From: Raja brachyura
Taxonomy: Eukaryota
DNA length: 64,000 bases
Reading direction: 5' to 3'
NCBI GenBank assembly: GCA_963514005.1
Contig: OY740800.1
Span: forward strand, 42,656,001 to 42,720,000
Below, in pieces: positions 46,318-58,989 of the stretch. Numbering within the stretch: the first letter of the stretch is position 1; every line of letters starts with the position of its first letter. Position numbers and translations under genes: made by a program. The notes under the pieces were generated by a model, which saw only the letters and a program-made list of their open reading frames with translations, had not been told where the DNA came from and did no database searches.

Positions 46318-48815
46318 GTGTAAGAAGGAACTGCAGATAAACACAAAAAGCTGGATTAACTCAGCATGACATGCAGTATCTCTGGAGAGAAGGACTGGGT
46401 GATGTTTCGGGTCGAGACCCTTCTTCATACTGGTTAGGGATAAGGGAAACGATAGATATCGATTGTGATGTGGAGAAATTAAGACCAATGAATGAAAGAT
46501 ATGCCAAAAAGTGATGAGAAGCTAGTGTGACTTGGGAGAGATAGAGAGAGAGAGAGAGGGAACGCTGGGTCCACCTGAAGTGAGATACATCAGTAGTGGG
46601 GAAACTGCTAGAGTCAGTTATTAAAGATGGGATAGCAGCACATTTGGAAAGTGGTGAAATCATTGGACAAAGTCAGCATGGATTTACGAAAGGTAAATCA
46701 TGCCTGACGAATCTTATAGAATTTTTTGAGATGTAACTAGTAGATTGGATAAGGGAGAACCAGTGGATGTGTTATATCTGGACTTTCAGAAGGCTTTCGA
46801 CAAGGTCCCACATAAGAGATTAGTATACAAACTTAAAGCACACGGTGTTGGGGGTTCAGTATTGATGTGGATAGAGAACTGGCTGGCAGACAGTAAGCAA
46901 AGGATAGGAGTAAAGGATAGGTCCTTTTCAGAATGGGAGGCAGTGACTAGTTGGGTACCGCAAGGCTCAGTGCTGGGACCCCAGCTATTTACAATATACA
47001 TTAATGATTTGGACGAGAGAATTGAATGCAACATCTCCAAGTTTGCGGATGACACAAAGCTGGGGGGCAGTGTTAGGTGTGAGGAGGCTGCAAGGTGACT
47101 GCAAGGATAGGTTGGGTGAGTGGGCAGATGCATGGCAGATGCAGTATAATGTGGATAAATGTGAGGTTATCTACTTTGGTGGAAAAACCAGGAGGGTAGA
47201 CTATTATCTGAATGATGGCCGATTAGGAAAAGGGGAGATGCAACGAGACCTGGGTATCATGGTACACCAGTCATTGAAAGTAGGCATGCAGGTGCAGCAG
47301 GCAGTAAAGAAAGCGAATGGTATGTTAGCATTCGTAGCAAAAGGATTTGAGGATAGGAGCAGGGAGGTTCTACTGCAGTTGTACAGGGTTTTGGTGAGAC
47401 CACACCTGGAGTATTGTGTACAGTTTTGGTCTCCAAATCTGAGGAAAGCCATTCTTGCCATAGAGGGGGTACAGAGAAGGTTCACCAGCCCCAGGAAAAT
47501 ATGAGATGCTGTTCCTCCAATTTGCCTTTAGCGTCACTCTGACAATGGAGGAGACCGGGGACAGAAAGGTCTGTGTAGGAATGGGAAGGAGAATTAAAGT
47601 GTCCAGCAACTGGGAGATCATGTTGGTTCAGGCGTGCTGAGCGAAGGTGTTTCGCGAAACACTTCTGCGCTGGGTCTCGCTGATGTATAATAGTCCACAT
47701 CTTGAACAACGAATACAGTAGATGAGGTTGGAAGAGGTGCAAGTGAACCTCTGCCTAACCTGAAAGGACTGTCGGGGTCCCTGGACAGAATCGAGGGAAG
47801 AGGTATAGTGACAGGTGTTGCATCTTCTGCAGTTGCAGGGGAACGTACCTGGGCAGGGAGTGGTTTGGGTGGGAAGGGATGAGTTAACCAGAGAGTTGCG
47901 GAGGGAATGGTCTCTGGGGAAAGTGGAAAGGGGTGGAGGTGGGAAAATGTGGCTAGTGGTGGGATCCCATTGGAGGTGGAGGAAATTTCTAAAGATTATG
48001 CATTGTATGAAACGGCTGATGGTGTGGAAGGTAAGGACTAGGAGGACTCTGGTCTCTGATGTGACTAGAGGGAGGGGGAGCAAGGGCGGAGATCAAGAAA
48101 GGGGAGGGAGGTGTGGGAGATGGTCCAAGTAAGTTTGAGTGCAGGGTGAATATTGGTGGCGAAGTTGATGCATGGGTGCAGGAGGTAGCAGTCATCAATG
48201 TAACGGAGATAGAGTTTGGTAATAGAGGGCCAGTGTACGCCTGGAACGGGGATTGTTCAATGTACCCTACAAAGAGGCAGGCAGGACTGGGGCCCATGCA
48301 GATGCCCATAGCTACGCCTTGGACTTGCAGGAGGTGGGAGGAGTCAAAGGAGAATTCAGAGGGGGTGAGGTTGGAGTAGGTAAGGGAAGTGGAAAAGTTG
48401 AGACGGTTGATGTCACGCCGGCAGTTAAAAATAAAGAGGTTGAGAGAGGATAGAAGGCTGTTGTGGGGAGTCTATGAGGAGGGGAACCGGTGGAGATGGG
48501 AGAAGGGGTCATCAGTGGGTGGTGAGGACTCCTTCCCATAGAAAAGGGCGCGTAGGCGACGGAAGAAAAGCTCTACTTCGTGGCAGTTCCGGAACTCATT
48601 GTGGAGGGGGGGCGGAGGGGAACGAAGGTGAGGTCTCTGTTGAGGACAGACCGTTCCGTATCAGAAAGCATAACCTTGGATTCATCAGTCAAGAGCTTTT
48701 CACTGTATCTCAGTACATCTGACAACAATATACCAATAAAACGAAAAGCTGCCCATCCCAGCCTTGAGTACGACGATTCTGGCGCCTTAGCACACTGGGG
48801 TCGAGATTTTCAATG
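46318..48815 (-). mobile_element. Penelope-like element (degraded RT plus GIY-YIG) split by a CR1 fragment
   Basis: ORF 47628..48083 has NLIYCIRCSRCGLLYISET. ORF 47989..48309 has MGPSPACLFVGYIEQ. Pseudo-LTR at 46318-46432. Confidence 0.88.
46587..47488 (+). mobile_element. Internal CR1 RT fragment lacking both the 5' end and the 3' tail
   Basis: ORFs 46745..47098 and 47004..47504 are very similar to the CR1 at about 10911-11815. The fragment ends at VQRRFT. Confidence 0.93.
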
Positions 48816-50856
48816 ATTCATGACTCTCTTGGAGAGGAAATTCTATTCTCCATTTGGAATAGTTGACCGCATATTCTGAAATGGTGTCTCCCAATTACAA
48901 TTTACCTCATGAGAGAAAGCAACCTCCCAATCCCAATTCTATCAAACCACCTTGTATGTTCCCATGAACTTAGCCACTAGAATTTAGAAGAATAAAAGAT
49001 TTAAGCTGCAAAATCATTCCTCACCAGACAACATATTCATCCCAGCAATCAAGCAAGTGAACGTCCATCAACTGTTTCCAATGCACATTTATCTCTCCTT
49101 AAATAGTTAAATGAGGAGATCACAATGTATTATTTACTCTAGCTTTGGTTTAACACCCATTGTAGTGGTAGCAAGACTTATACTTTCAAAATTCAATGCA
49201 GGCCAATTTCATGTCATGTTTATCTTGAGAAAATATTGGTAAATGTGGTAGACAGCAGCAAGTGTAACTGGCAAGCCGTACTCAGCAAAATTCAGTCTTT
49301 TTTGTGGATACATTTTCTTCATCTTTTCAGACACATCGCCCGGTAAATACAGAATAATTTTTTCCAGAATAAGGGGAAGTTGATGGACATTTTGGCAGAC
49401 TGGACTAGAAATTTTACTGGGTATGTGAAAGCAGTAGCCAAATCGAAGTCAGCAGAGATGAGAGGACAGGACTTACTGGAAATTGCGAGACAAAATATTG
49501 TAGATGCTGGAATCTTGAACAAAACAGTAATTTCCATTAAGAACTGTTGGAGCTTCCTACAATAAGTGCCTGCAAGTTGGGGATTTCCACATGAGAGAAG
49601 TCATCCAGAACTTTATTTTCAACATATACCTCTCCACGCTACTATTTTAGACTCCAATTGCACATCACCAGTAGAGCACAAATTCACAGCAGCTTCCCTC
49701 ACAATTAAATCAGGGAGTGTGCCTGCTGAACCAGTGCCAGGTCCGACCTGGCACAAGAACAGCGACTCCATTCATTTCAACAGAGAGCAATGCCAAGCAC
49801 GCATATACACACACCTCACTCTTGTTCCATGGCAGTAAATAATAGAAAATGTTTCTATAATTAATTCCTAAAGAAGTCCACTGATGAGAATAAAGAGCTT
49901 TATGTTCATACTAGGATCTTCACTTGGCCGCCTTGGTTCAGCTAATTTTAGCGATGAAGTAACATGTTCCTCCTTTTTGATTTGTTCCCAAACAACTTTC
50001 TTTCCTCTTGTACATGCACTATATATTTGTTAATCAATTTTCCATGTTGTTCAGTAAAAACGCGTATTTATCAAGTTCCCCCATCAATGCAGAATGAGAT
50101 CAATATTTTGGGTATTATTTATTAACTTCCTTCGTCAGTACAGAATACAAAAGTATTTTGGGCAACACTCCATCCCATGAGCAAAGCCAATTTATAGATT
50201 AAAATGAAAGAAAATACTCAATTGGGAAATATTTACAAAAGGTGTTGCGAAACGATAACAATTTCTTACTTTTAAGTTTTATTTAAATTTAAACATTTTG
50301 CGAGTGTGTATTTCTAATGGAGGCTTGATAACCAAGGAATACTTACATTAGATAATTAGTTTTAAAATTCAAGTAGTAAATTAGAATTTCATTTTTCTTG
50401 CCACTATTTGTTATTATCTGGAATGCACTGTCTGGATTCAACTGTAGTATGTAAATCTGAATTGGAAATATATTTGGGGGGAAAATGTCAGTACAAAAAG
50501 AAAAAAACTGCGGACAATGAACTATTGAGTTTGGATTTGGGATTATCTCTATCAAAGAACTGGCTGTGACACTAAAACCTATGAACTGTATATTTGGTTT
50601 TAATTCCCTGGTAATCTAAATACCAAAAAATTGGTAGGTGATCACATTGCAAGAAATATTTACAATCGCAAATGTTGTACTTGGGCAGTGAGCATATAAT
50701 AACAAGGCATGGTACAAAATTTGCACTGTGTTTTTTCAAAGAAAACTTAATTCTACAGATGTGTATTTAACATGCAATTAACACTGCACAGTAAGTAGTC
50801 AGGGATTTGTGTTCCATCCAAAAGTAACAATAAGTATGACCTATGGCTCTTTAGCG

Positions 50857-51748
50857 CAGTGCTTCTTAAACTATTTCAGTGTCATTCACCCTTGCGTCTT
50901 TAGCACAAAATTTCATTCAACCTTAACTAAATTTTCTTATGTTTTTTGGTAACTTGCGTCTTTTTCTCCCTTGTGTATAATTTTATATATAATTTATTTT
51001 GTCACATGAGCAAAAAACATGAGTTAACTCATTTCTTAAGTGTTTATTTTATTCAACTTTTTGAACATCCTAGAAATATGTAAAGAAAACCAGGAGTGAA
51101 AAAAAAGAGTTTAATTACCATTGGAATTGGAAAATCATTCTCTTAGAATAATAAAAAAACATTCCAACGTCTAAACACTGGGCTGCAGCCCCATCCTACC
51201 GTTTCGGGCTTTGATTACTGCAGTTTTTTTTCTTGGAAAAGTAGCTCAAAAACCCATGGAGTATGTGACTTAATATATTAGTATGCAACTAATATAACTT
51301 TCTATAACTCACCCTGACGAATGCTCACAATATCACCTAACATCAACTTTGGTAGCTAAATTCTTACACAAAGTAAAGTTACAGTTCAACAGTTACCTAC
51401 GGCGATCCTCCGATGTTGCCATTTATACATTTATGATCCCACTAGCTCGTCTGGTCTTCCCTAAAATATTATGTTACAGTAAATTTGGGAAATATCCCGC
51501 TACTTTGAAATTAGAAAAACATAGGTACAGAGATAAAAATATATCAAATTTCCAGCTCCACTACCATTAAAACCAATAAGAGCTTATTAACCACTTTAAT
51601 GGCAATGCCTTTTTTAAGTATAGAAAAAAAGATATAAATATCTGAATAAATTAAGTCATTCACCTTTCATTCACCCCTCTAGTTTCATTCACCCCAAAAT
51701 AATTTCATTCACCCATGGGTGAACCATTCACCAGTTTAAGAAGCACTG
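50857..51748. mobile_element. hAT-Charlie-type non-autonomous element (MITE)
   Basis: Perfect 16-bp TIR CAGTGCTTCTTAAACT / AGTTTAAGAAGCACTG. Degenerate 8-bp TSD CTTTAGCG / CTTTGGAG. Subterminal TCATTCACCC repeats at both ends. Confidence 0.88.
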
Positions 51749-51827
51749 CTTTGGAGGAAGTTGCAAGATGTTCTAGAAGGTCTTCTAGTTCCATATCTCT
51801 GGAATGTACGAGGAATGGAATTATGGT

Positions 51828-52289
51828 TCAAGTTCAAGTGAGCTTATTGTCATGTGTCCCTGATAGGACAATGAAATTCTTGCTTTGCTTCAGCACAACA
51901 GAACATAGTAGGCATTGACTACAAAAACAGATCAGTGTGTTCATATACCATTATATAAATATATACACAAATGAATAAATAAACTGATAAAGTGCAAATA
52001 ACAGATAATGGGTTATTAATGTTCAGAGTTTTGTCCGAGCCAGCTTTAAAAGCCTGATGGCTGTGGGGAAGTAGCTATTCCAGAACCTGGTCGTTGCAGT
52101 CTTCAGGCTCCTGTACCTTCTACCTGAAGGTAGCAGGATGAGTGTGTGGCCAGGATGGTGTGGGTCTTTGATGATACTGCCAGCCTTTTTGAGGCAGCGA
52201 CTGCGGTAAATCCCCTCGATGGAAGGAAGGTCAGAGCCGATGATGGACTGGGCAGTGCTTACTACTTTTTGTAGTCTTTTCCTCTCAGG
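51828..52289 (-). mobile_element. Rex1/Babar-like LINE 3' end with 7-bp TSD
   Basis: TTATGGT at 51821-51827 and 52290-52296. (ttcaag)n tail. Coding remnant IIKDPHHPGHT on the minus strand. Confidence 0.82.
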
Positions 52290-53199
52290 TTATGGTGACA
52301 GAAATGGTAGCTGTTCAGTTTATGTTTGAAGCTAATGTTAAGTTTTCAGTTTTGTGTGTTTGGTCGTTGTGTGTTTTCAGCTTTGCTCCGATTGTACACC
52401 AATGGAGATTTAAGGAGATTTTTATAGAAAGTGGTGCTGAAATTAAAGCTGTTTATGATCATCTTCACTAAAGTGCAACAAAATATCGGTATGTCAATTG
52501 CATAAAGTTGTCTTGCAGTTACATAATCAAATGAGTGGTGTACTACCCAATCAGGTTATAATATAATTTATTATTGGTGGAGACACACTACATTTCCATG
52601 ATTTAATAAATGTTGGAGACCTTGCCAGTCATGTACAACTTGGTGCATGCAAGAGAGGTGGTGGTGTTGTTGACATACCTCTGTATTGCATGATTTCCAT
52701 GGTGTTCAAAAATCTGAGAATCTCATTTCTGAATATTTTTGACAAGTGAACATCCATGAATCTCTAAAGTTTAAACTTTCAGATTTATTACTCCTCTCAT
52801 CTTGATTTAAAATTGTTGGTCTTTAAATTGAAGCAGGATTTTAATGTTGACTCTAATTGAGAGAAATGTAATCTCGCTATTTATCTTCAAGCCTTCCTGA
52901 AAATTTATTGAGCTTATCTTTTAATTCTTCCCATCTTTGGACAGTGTAGGCTCATTTCATTTTTATCTCCCTAAATTAGGCAATGTTCTAATACAACTAG
53001 TTACTTGGTAAGGTAAGAAAACTAACTGCACTCTGACTCCAGATTTGGTTTCACCAAAGCCTTACACACGTAGAAGGAATTCCTTGTACATTAACACCCT
53101 TTCAGTAAAAGCCACCGTAATATTTGCCTTCCTAATGCCAAATGAACATTAATTTTGTGTGTATGAACAAACAAATAATTTTGTAGGTATTTAATCGCT

Positions 53200-53720
53200 T
53201 CACACTGCCTCGGGAAAGCAACCAACACAGACAACGTCCTTTCTCACCCCAGTAATTCCGTTTTCTCCTTTCTCCCATTAAGCAAAAGATACAAAAGCTT
53301 GAAAACACATACCACTAGATTCAGGAACAGCTTCTTCCTCATTGATAACAGACCACTGAATGGTCCTCCCATAGTCTAAGGTGCAGGCGTGCCCTTCCAA
53401 CCTGCCTCATTACAGACCTTTCAATTTTTCTCTGTAACTGTAAGGCTATAATGCTGTAACACTATATTCTGCACTCTGGTATTTTTCACTTTGCTTCAAC
53501 TGTTGTGCTTGTGCATGTCTTAACTGTACTTCATCAGTCTGAAGAAGGGTCTCGACCCGAAACATCACCCATTTCTTCTCTCCAGAGATGTTGCCTGACC
53601 TGCTGAGTTACTCCAGCATTTTGTATCCACCTTGTACATGAATAGTATGATTTTGATTGGATGGTTTGCAAGCAAAGCTTTTCACTGCGTCTCAGTACAC
53701 GTGGCATTAATATACCAATT
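53200..53720 (+). mobile_element. Old Rex1-like 3' end interrupted by a Penelope pseudo-LTR (53532-53631) with hammerhead-like core at 53539-53566
   Basis: accactagattcaggaacagcttcttc (TTRFRNSFF) motif; CTGAAGAAGGGTCTCGACCCGAAACATC. Confidence 0.7.
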
Positions 53721-54407
53721 CATTCTACGAAAGTGGGTGATTTTTGTTGGATACCAATTGAGATTGTTGAAGTTGAAAAATGTATCTTATCGTGGCAAAA
53801 ATGAACTTTTTTGTTTTGAAAAGGATATCATTGAGAAGGCTAGCTCTGATGCTAAATTGAGGGATTATTGAATATCCATGAAATAATAGTTGAGTCCTGA
53901 TGAAATGCTGTCGCATTATTCACAATTACCAACATGATGGTGATATCATGGAGTCACAGTCTATACAGCATGAAAACTGGCCAGCCCGTCCAATCTGTTA
54001 AAACTGTCAAAGTTGATATTCTGGGCTAATCCCATTTGCCTACATTTGGTCCATTTCCCCCTAAACGATTCCTATAGTGGTGAGGAACTATCTGAGCACT
54101 GCTAAGTAGAATTCTTGGTGATTCACAATTTTGGGGAGGAACTTTAAATATCTGGATTTTTTCCCACTGCATAATGTGCATGAGCACTTTCCCGTAAAGA
54201 ATGCTACTTTGAGTAAGACTTATTTGATTTGACTCTGTGGGATAGTTTTCCCAATTTCGGCACTCGCCCCAGATGTTTGTGATAAGGACATTGCAAGGTA
54301 ACTGGAAGGAGCCTCTTTGCTGTGTCAGAGTTGGGTGTCTACATTAATGCAAGGTGGCCCACCCAGTTTCATTCATTCTTCAGCTTAACTGCAACTTATC
54401 ATCAGTC

Positions 54408-54543
54408 ACAGTCTGAAGAAGGGTCTCGACCTGAAACATCACCCATTCCTTCTCTTCAAAGATGCTGCCTGTCCCGCTGGGTTATTCCAGCATTTTGTGT
54501 CTATCTTCATTTACAACCAGCATCTGCAGTTCCTTTCTACACT
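54408..54543 (+). repeat. Solo Penelope pseudo-LTR with hammerhead-like core at 54413-54440
   Basis: CTGAAGAAGGGTCTCGACCTGAAACATC...ccagcatctgcagttcc. Confidence 0.8.
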
Positions 54544-55288
54544 TATCTTGGTTCATTGTAACTATTTAATTGAACGCAGATTGTGTTTTGCACGAGTTCT
54601 GTTCAAAGATAGGTTGTGTGGATGTGAAATTGCTGGACCTTAATGCTCTTCTGCTGCCCACCATGAGTATAGTTTTGCAAAATTATTTGTTGGCTCTACG
54701 ATGGGCAAGAGGAAAATGCCAGCTACCTCACACAGAATTTTTGACATTTACATATCGCTGAGTAGCCAGCATATCTCTTCACGATCCACTGCAATTGTAC
54801 TGTATCTGATGTTTACCACCTTGATTAAATATGTCGAACACCTTTCTGTCAGTACTGTCAGGGATTCCGTAACATTTTAATATTTTTTTTCAGATTCTGA
54901 GCATGTGCAGTTTTTATTTTGGATATATAATTTGTTGCAGTCTAAGAGTGTGATCAGTACATTGCAAGTGCAGCAGAAGATGACATATCTTCATGCCAAA
55001 TATCGCCTTGGTAATTATTTGCGGTGAATTTGCTACAGACAGTATTAGAAAAGTAATACAGTGTCCTCCATAATGTTTGGGACAAAGACCCATCATTAAT
55101 TGATTTGCCACTGTACTCCACAATTTGAGGTTTGTAATAGAAAAAAATCACATGTGGTTGAAGTGTTACTTTTCTTTTATTAAAGGCCATTTTTATACAT
55201 CTTGATATCACCATGTAGAGATTACAGCCGTGTTTATACATAGTCCCCCCCATTTCAGGGCACCATAATGTTTGGGACACATGCCTTC

Positions 55289-56240
55289 AAGATTCAAGAG
55301 AGTTTATTGTCATGTGTGAAGAGAGGCGCTGATGAGCTTTCTTTATAATTGCATCAGTGTTCTCGGACCAGGTGAGATCTTCAGAGATATGCACGCCCAG
55401 GAATTTGAAGCTCTTGACCCTCTCCACCATCGACCCATTGATATAAACGGGACTATGGGTCCCCATCCTACCCCTTCCAGAGTCCACAATCAGTTCCTTG
55501 GTTTTGCTGGTGTTGAGAGCCAGTTTATTGTGCTGGCACCATTTGGTCAAACGGTCGATCTCACTTCTATGGTCTGACTCATCTCCATCAGTGATACGTC
55601 CCACAACAGTGGTGTCGTCAGCGAACTTGACGATGGAGTTTGCACTATGACCAGCTACGCAGTCATGAGTATAGAGTGACTACAGCAGGGGGCTGAGCAC
55701 GCAGCCTTGAGGTGCTCCTGTGCTGATTGTTATCGAGGCTAACACATTTCCACCAATACGGACACTCTGTGGTCTGAGAATGAGAAAGTTGAGGATCCAA
55801 TTGCAGAGGGATGCGCAGAGACCCAGTTCTCAGAATTTAGTAACCGCTTGGAGGGGATGAATGTATTAAATGCCGAGCTGTAGTCAATGAATAACAGCCT
55901 GACATATGAGTTTTTGTTATCCAAGTGGTCCAGAGCGGAGTGGAGAGCCAGCGAGATCACATCCACCGTTGATCTGTTGTGGCGGTAAGCGAACTGCAGT
56001 GGATCCAGGTTTTTGTCGAGGTAGGAGTTGATTTGCCCCATTATCAACCTCTCAAATCACTTCACCACCACTGACGTTAGTGCCACTAGTCGATAGTCAT
56101 TGAGGCTCGTCACCTTGCTCTTCTTCGGCACATCAACCTCAGACCTCAGAAGTGAGAGGTTGAAAATGTCCGTAAAAACTCCAGCCAGTTGGTCCTCACA
56201 GGTTTTTAGAACACGACCGGGTATGCCATCACGACCAGGC
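55289..56240 (-). mobile_element. Rex1/Babar-clade LINE RT fragment nested in the Tc1 5' UTR
   Basis: ORFs 55739..56047 ([14 protein letters not shown]...[11 protein letters not shown]) and 55287..55604 (LNTSKTKELIVD...FKFLGVHI). GCCTTC at 55283-55288 and 56241-56246. Confidence 0.92.
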
Positions 56241-56373
56241 GCCTTCCAAGGGTTTGTAATTGCTCAGATGTGTTTAAATGCTTCCATACTGCAGGTATAA
56301 GAGAGCTCTCAGAACCTACTCTTTTCTCCAATCTTTCCATCACCTTTGGAAACTTTTATTGCTGTTTATCAAC

Positions 56374-57410
56374 ATGAGGACCAAAGTTGTGCCAATGAAA
56401 GTCAAAGAAGCCATTATGAGACTGAGAAACAAGAATAAAACTATTAGAGACATCAGCCAAACCTTAGGCTTACCAAAATCTAATGTTTGGCACATCATTA
56501 AGAAGAAAGAGCGCACAGGTGAGCTTACTAATCTCAAAGGGACTGGCAGACCAAGGAAGACCTCCACAGCTGATGACAGAAGAATTCTCTCTATAATAAA
56601 GAAAAATCGCCAAACACCTGTCCGACAGATCAAAAACACTTTTCAGGAGTCGGGTGTGGATTTGGCAATGACCACTGTCCGCAGAAGACTTCATGAACAG
56701 AAATACAGAGGCCGCAATGCAAGATGCGACCACTGGTTAGCCGCTAAAATAGGATGGCCAGGTTAAAGTTTGCCAAGAAATACTTAAAAGAGCAACCACA
56801 TTCCTGGAAAAAGGTCTTGAGGACAGATAAGACGAAGATTAATTTTTATCAGGGTGATGTCAAGAGCAAAGTATGGAGGAGAAAAAGAACTGCCCAAGAT
56901 CCAAAGCATACCACCGCATCTGTGAAACACGGTGGTGGGGGTGTTATGGCCTGGGCATGTATGGCTGCTGAAGGTACTGACTCACTTATCTTCATTGATG
57001 ATACAACTGCTAATGGTAGTAGTATAATGAATTCTGAAGTGTATAGACACATCCTATCTGCTCAAGTTCAAACAAATAGCACAAAACTCAGTGGCCGGCT
57101 GTTCATTCAACAGCAAGCCTATGATCTCAAACATACTGCTAAAGCAACAAAGGAGTTTTTCAAAGCTATAAAATGGTCAATTCTCGAGTGGCCAAGTCAG
57201 TCACCCGATCTGAACCCAATTGAGCATGCGTTTTACATGCTGAAGCGGAAACTGTAGGGGACTAGCCCCCAAAACAAGCATAAGCTAAAGGTGGCTGCAA
57301 TACAGGCCTGGCAGAACATCACCAGAGAAGACACCCAGCAACTGGTGACGTCCATGAATCACAGACTTCAAGCAGTCATTGCATGCAAAGGATATGCAAC
57401 AAAACACTAC
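56374..57410 (+). pseudogene. Tc1 transposase pseudogene
   Basis: MRTKVVPM...GRPRKT (paired-like HTH), frameshift near 56730, VKHGGGGVMAWACM and WPSQSPDLNPIEH. Second catalytic Asp region reads QQAYD instead of QQDND. Premature TAG at 57255-57257. Confidence 0.93.
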
Positions 57411-58454
57411 ACACATTTACATGATATTGCTGTGTCCCAAACATTATGGTGCCTTGAAATGGGGGGGGGACGGGGGGGGGGGGGGACTATGTATAAACAC
57501 TGCTGTAATTTCAAAAATGGCCTTTATTAAAATCTGACAATATGCACTTTAACGGCATGTGATTTTTTTTTCTAATACAAACCTCTAATTGTGGAGCACA
57601 GAGATAAATAAATAAATGATGGGCCTTTGTCCCAAACATCATGGAGGGCACTGTAAGTTCCATAATCCGACTGGTGTATCATTTGTGGGGCAGAAGCTAA
57701 AACACTTGATTTTCTTCAACGCAAGGAGAAACAATCATGGCAATTTAAAATTTGCTGCAGGGGATTTTAAAACATAGCCTTTTGAATGAACCCTCTCAAC
57801 AATCTCAATGTTAAACTTTACATGTATGCATGTGGAAACTACAGTGCAGAAACCCTGAAGTGATATAATCACTGAATCTTATCGCTATCTAACATTCGTG
57901 GCAGGTAATTCACAATATTTTTCATTATATGTTGGAAACTAATATTACCGGTGCAGTAACTGAAAAGATGGATGCAATATGATGGTCCTGATTGTCATCT
58001 AATATTTTCTTGTTTATTTAGTAATTTTTCATAAATTAAGATTGTTCTTACAGATGCTTTTTGACCAACAATTAGCATATGGTACCATAATTTCAATGGG
58101 AATAATAATTTAAATAATGAACTTGCAGTAAAACATTCTCTATTATTCTCAGTATTGAAAAGCTGGAAAGGGATTTTCAAAAATAAATTATTGACAATGT
58201 TCACAATTTTTGAGGACTGTAAAGAAGTTTAGACCAGCAGCTGTATTTAATAAAGTATATATAAGCATGGCAAGTACATCTTTGAGCAATGAAATCATGC
58301 TCAACAAGTCCATGTAATAACTCAGTATTGGCGAACGTCTGTCTTGTAGATCCTGCAAAGATGTTTTCCAGCTGTACTGTTCTGTCAATTAATGAAATAT
58401 ATTCTAATTTTGAACTTAAAAAAAGTGCATTGATATTATTGGTTCAATAAATGT

Positions 58455-58895
58455 TGGATGGCTACAATTCCCAAGGGACAAACACAGTTAGCAATGTTGA
58501 GATGGCCAGGTCATTTGCATGCCCAAGGCCAGACTCGTGAAACAGTTACACTATTCTGAGCTCTTCTGTGGGAAGAGATTACCGTGCGGACAAGGAAAAC
58601 AATCAAGAATTTCCTCAAAGCTTCCTTGAAGAAATGTAGCTGACACCTGGGAATCCCTGGCCTATGAAGAGAAGAGGAGAGTTTAAAGTGATATTGAGAA
58701 CCTGGAGGCCAAACATCAGGAGCACACAGAGGCCCTGGATAAGCCGCAGAAAGAGCAGAGAAACCTCAAAATCTACACAACCCTTCTCTGCCCTGTCTGT
58801 GAAAGAATCTGCAGCTCCAACATTGCCCTCATTAACATTTCAGTTAAAGTATATCATCCTCGATCCTGAGGGACTTCCTTTGACGACAACAACAA
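58455..58895 (+). mobile_element. Degraded RTE (BovB-like) LINE 3' end
   Basis: Decayed RWxGH..MP..RL.KQ..YSEL...LKASLKK coding remnant at 58500-58640 and a (caa)n tail near 58885. Confidence 0.7.
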
Positions 58896-58989
58896 GGAGA
58901 AATAAATTGTGACAGTATTTGTAAAGATGTGCAACAAAATGTACAAGGGTAGACTATTGGTTGACAGATGTGGATATTTCAGGAAATAT

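Larger units (their letters stand above)
55059..57653 (+). mobile_element. Full-length Tc1 DNA transposon of IR/DR type, inactivated
   Basis: TA|CAGTGTCCTCCATAATGTTTGGGACAAAG ... CTTTGTCCCAAACATCATGGAGGGCACTG|TA. TIRs of about 220 bp with an inner direct repeat CCATAATGTTTGGGACA near 55263 and its mirror near 57433. Confidence 0.95.
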
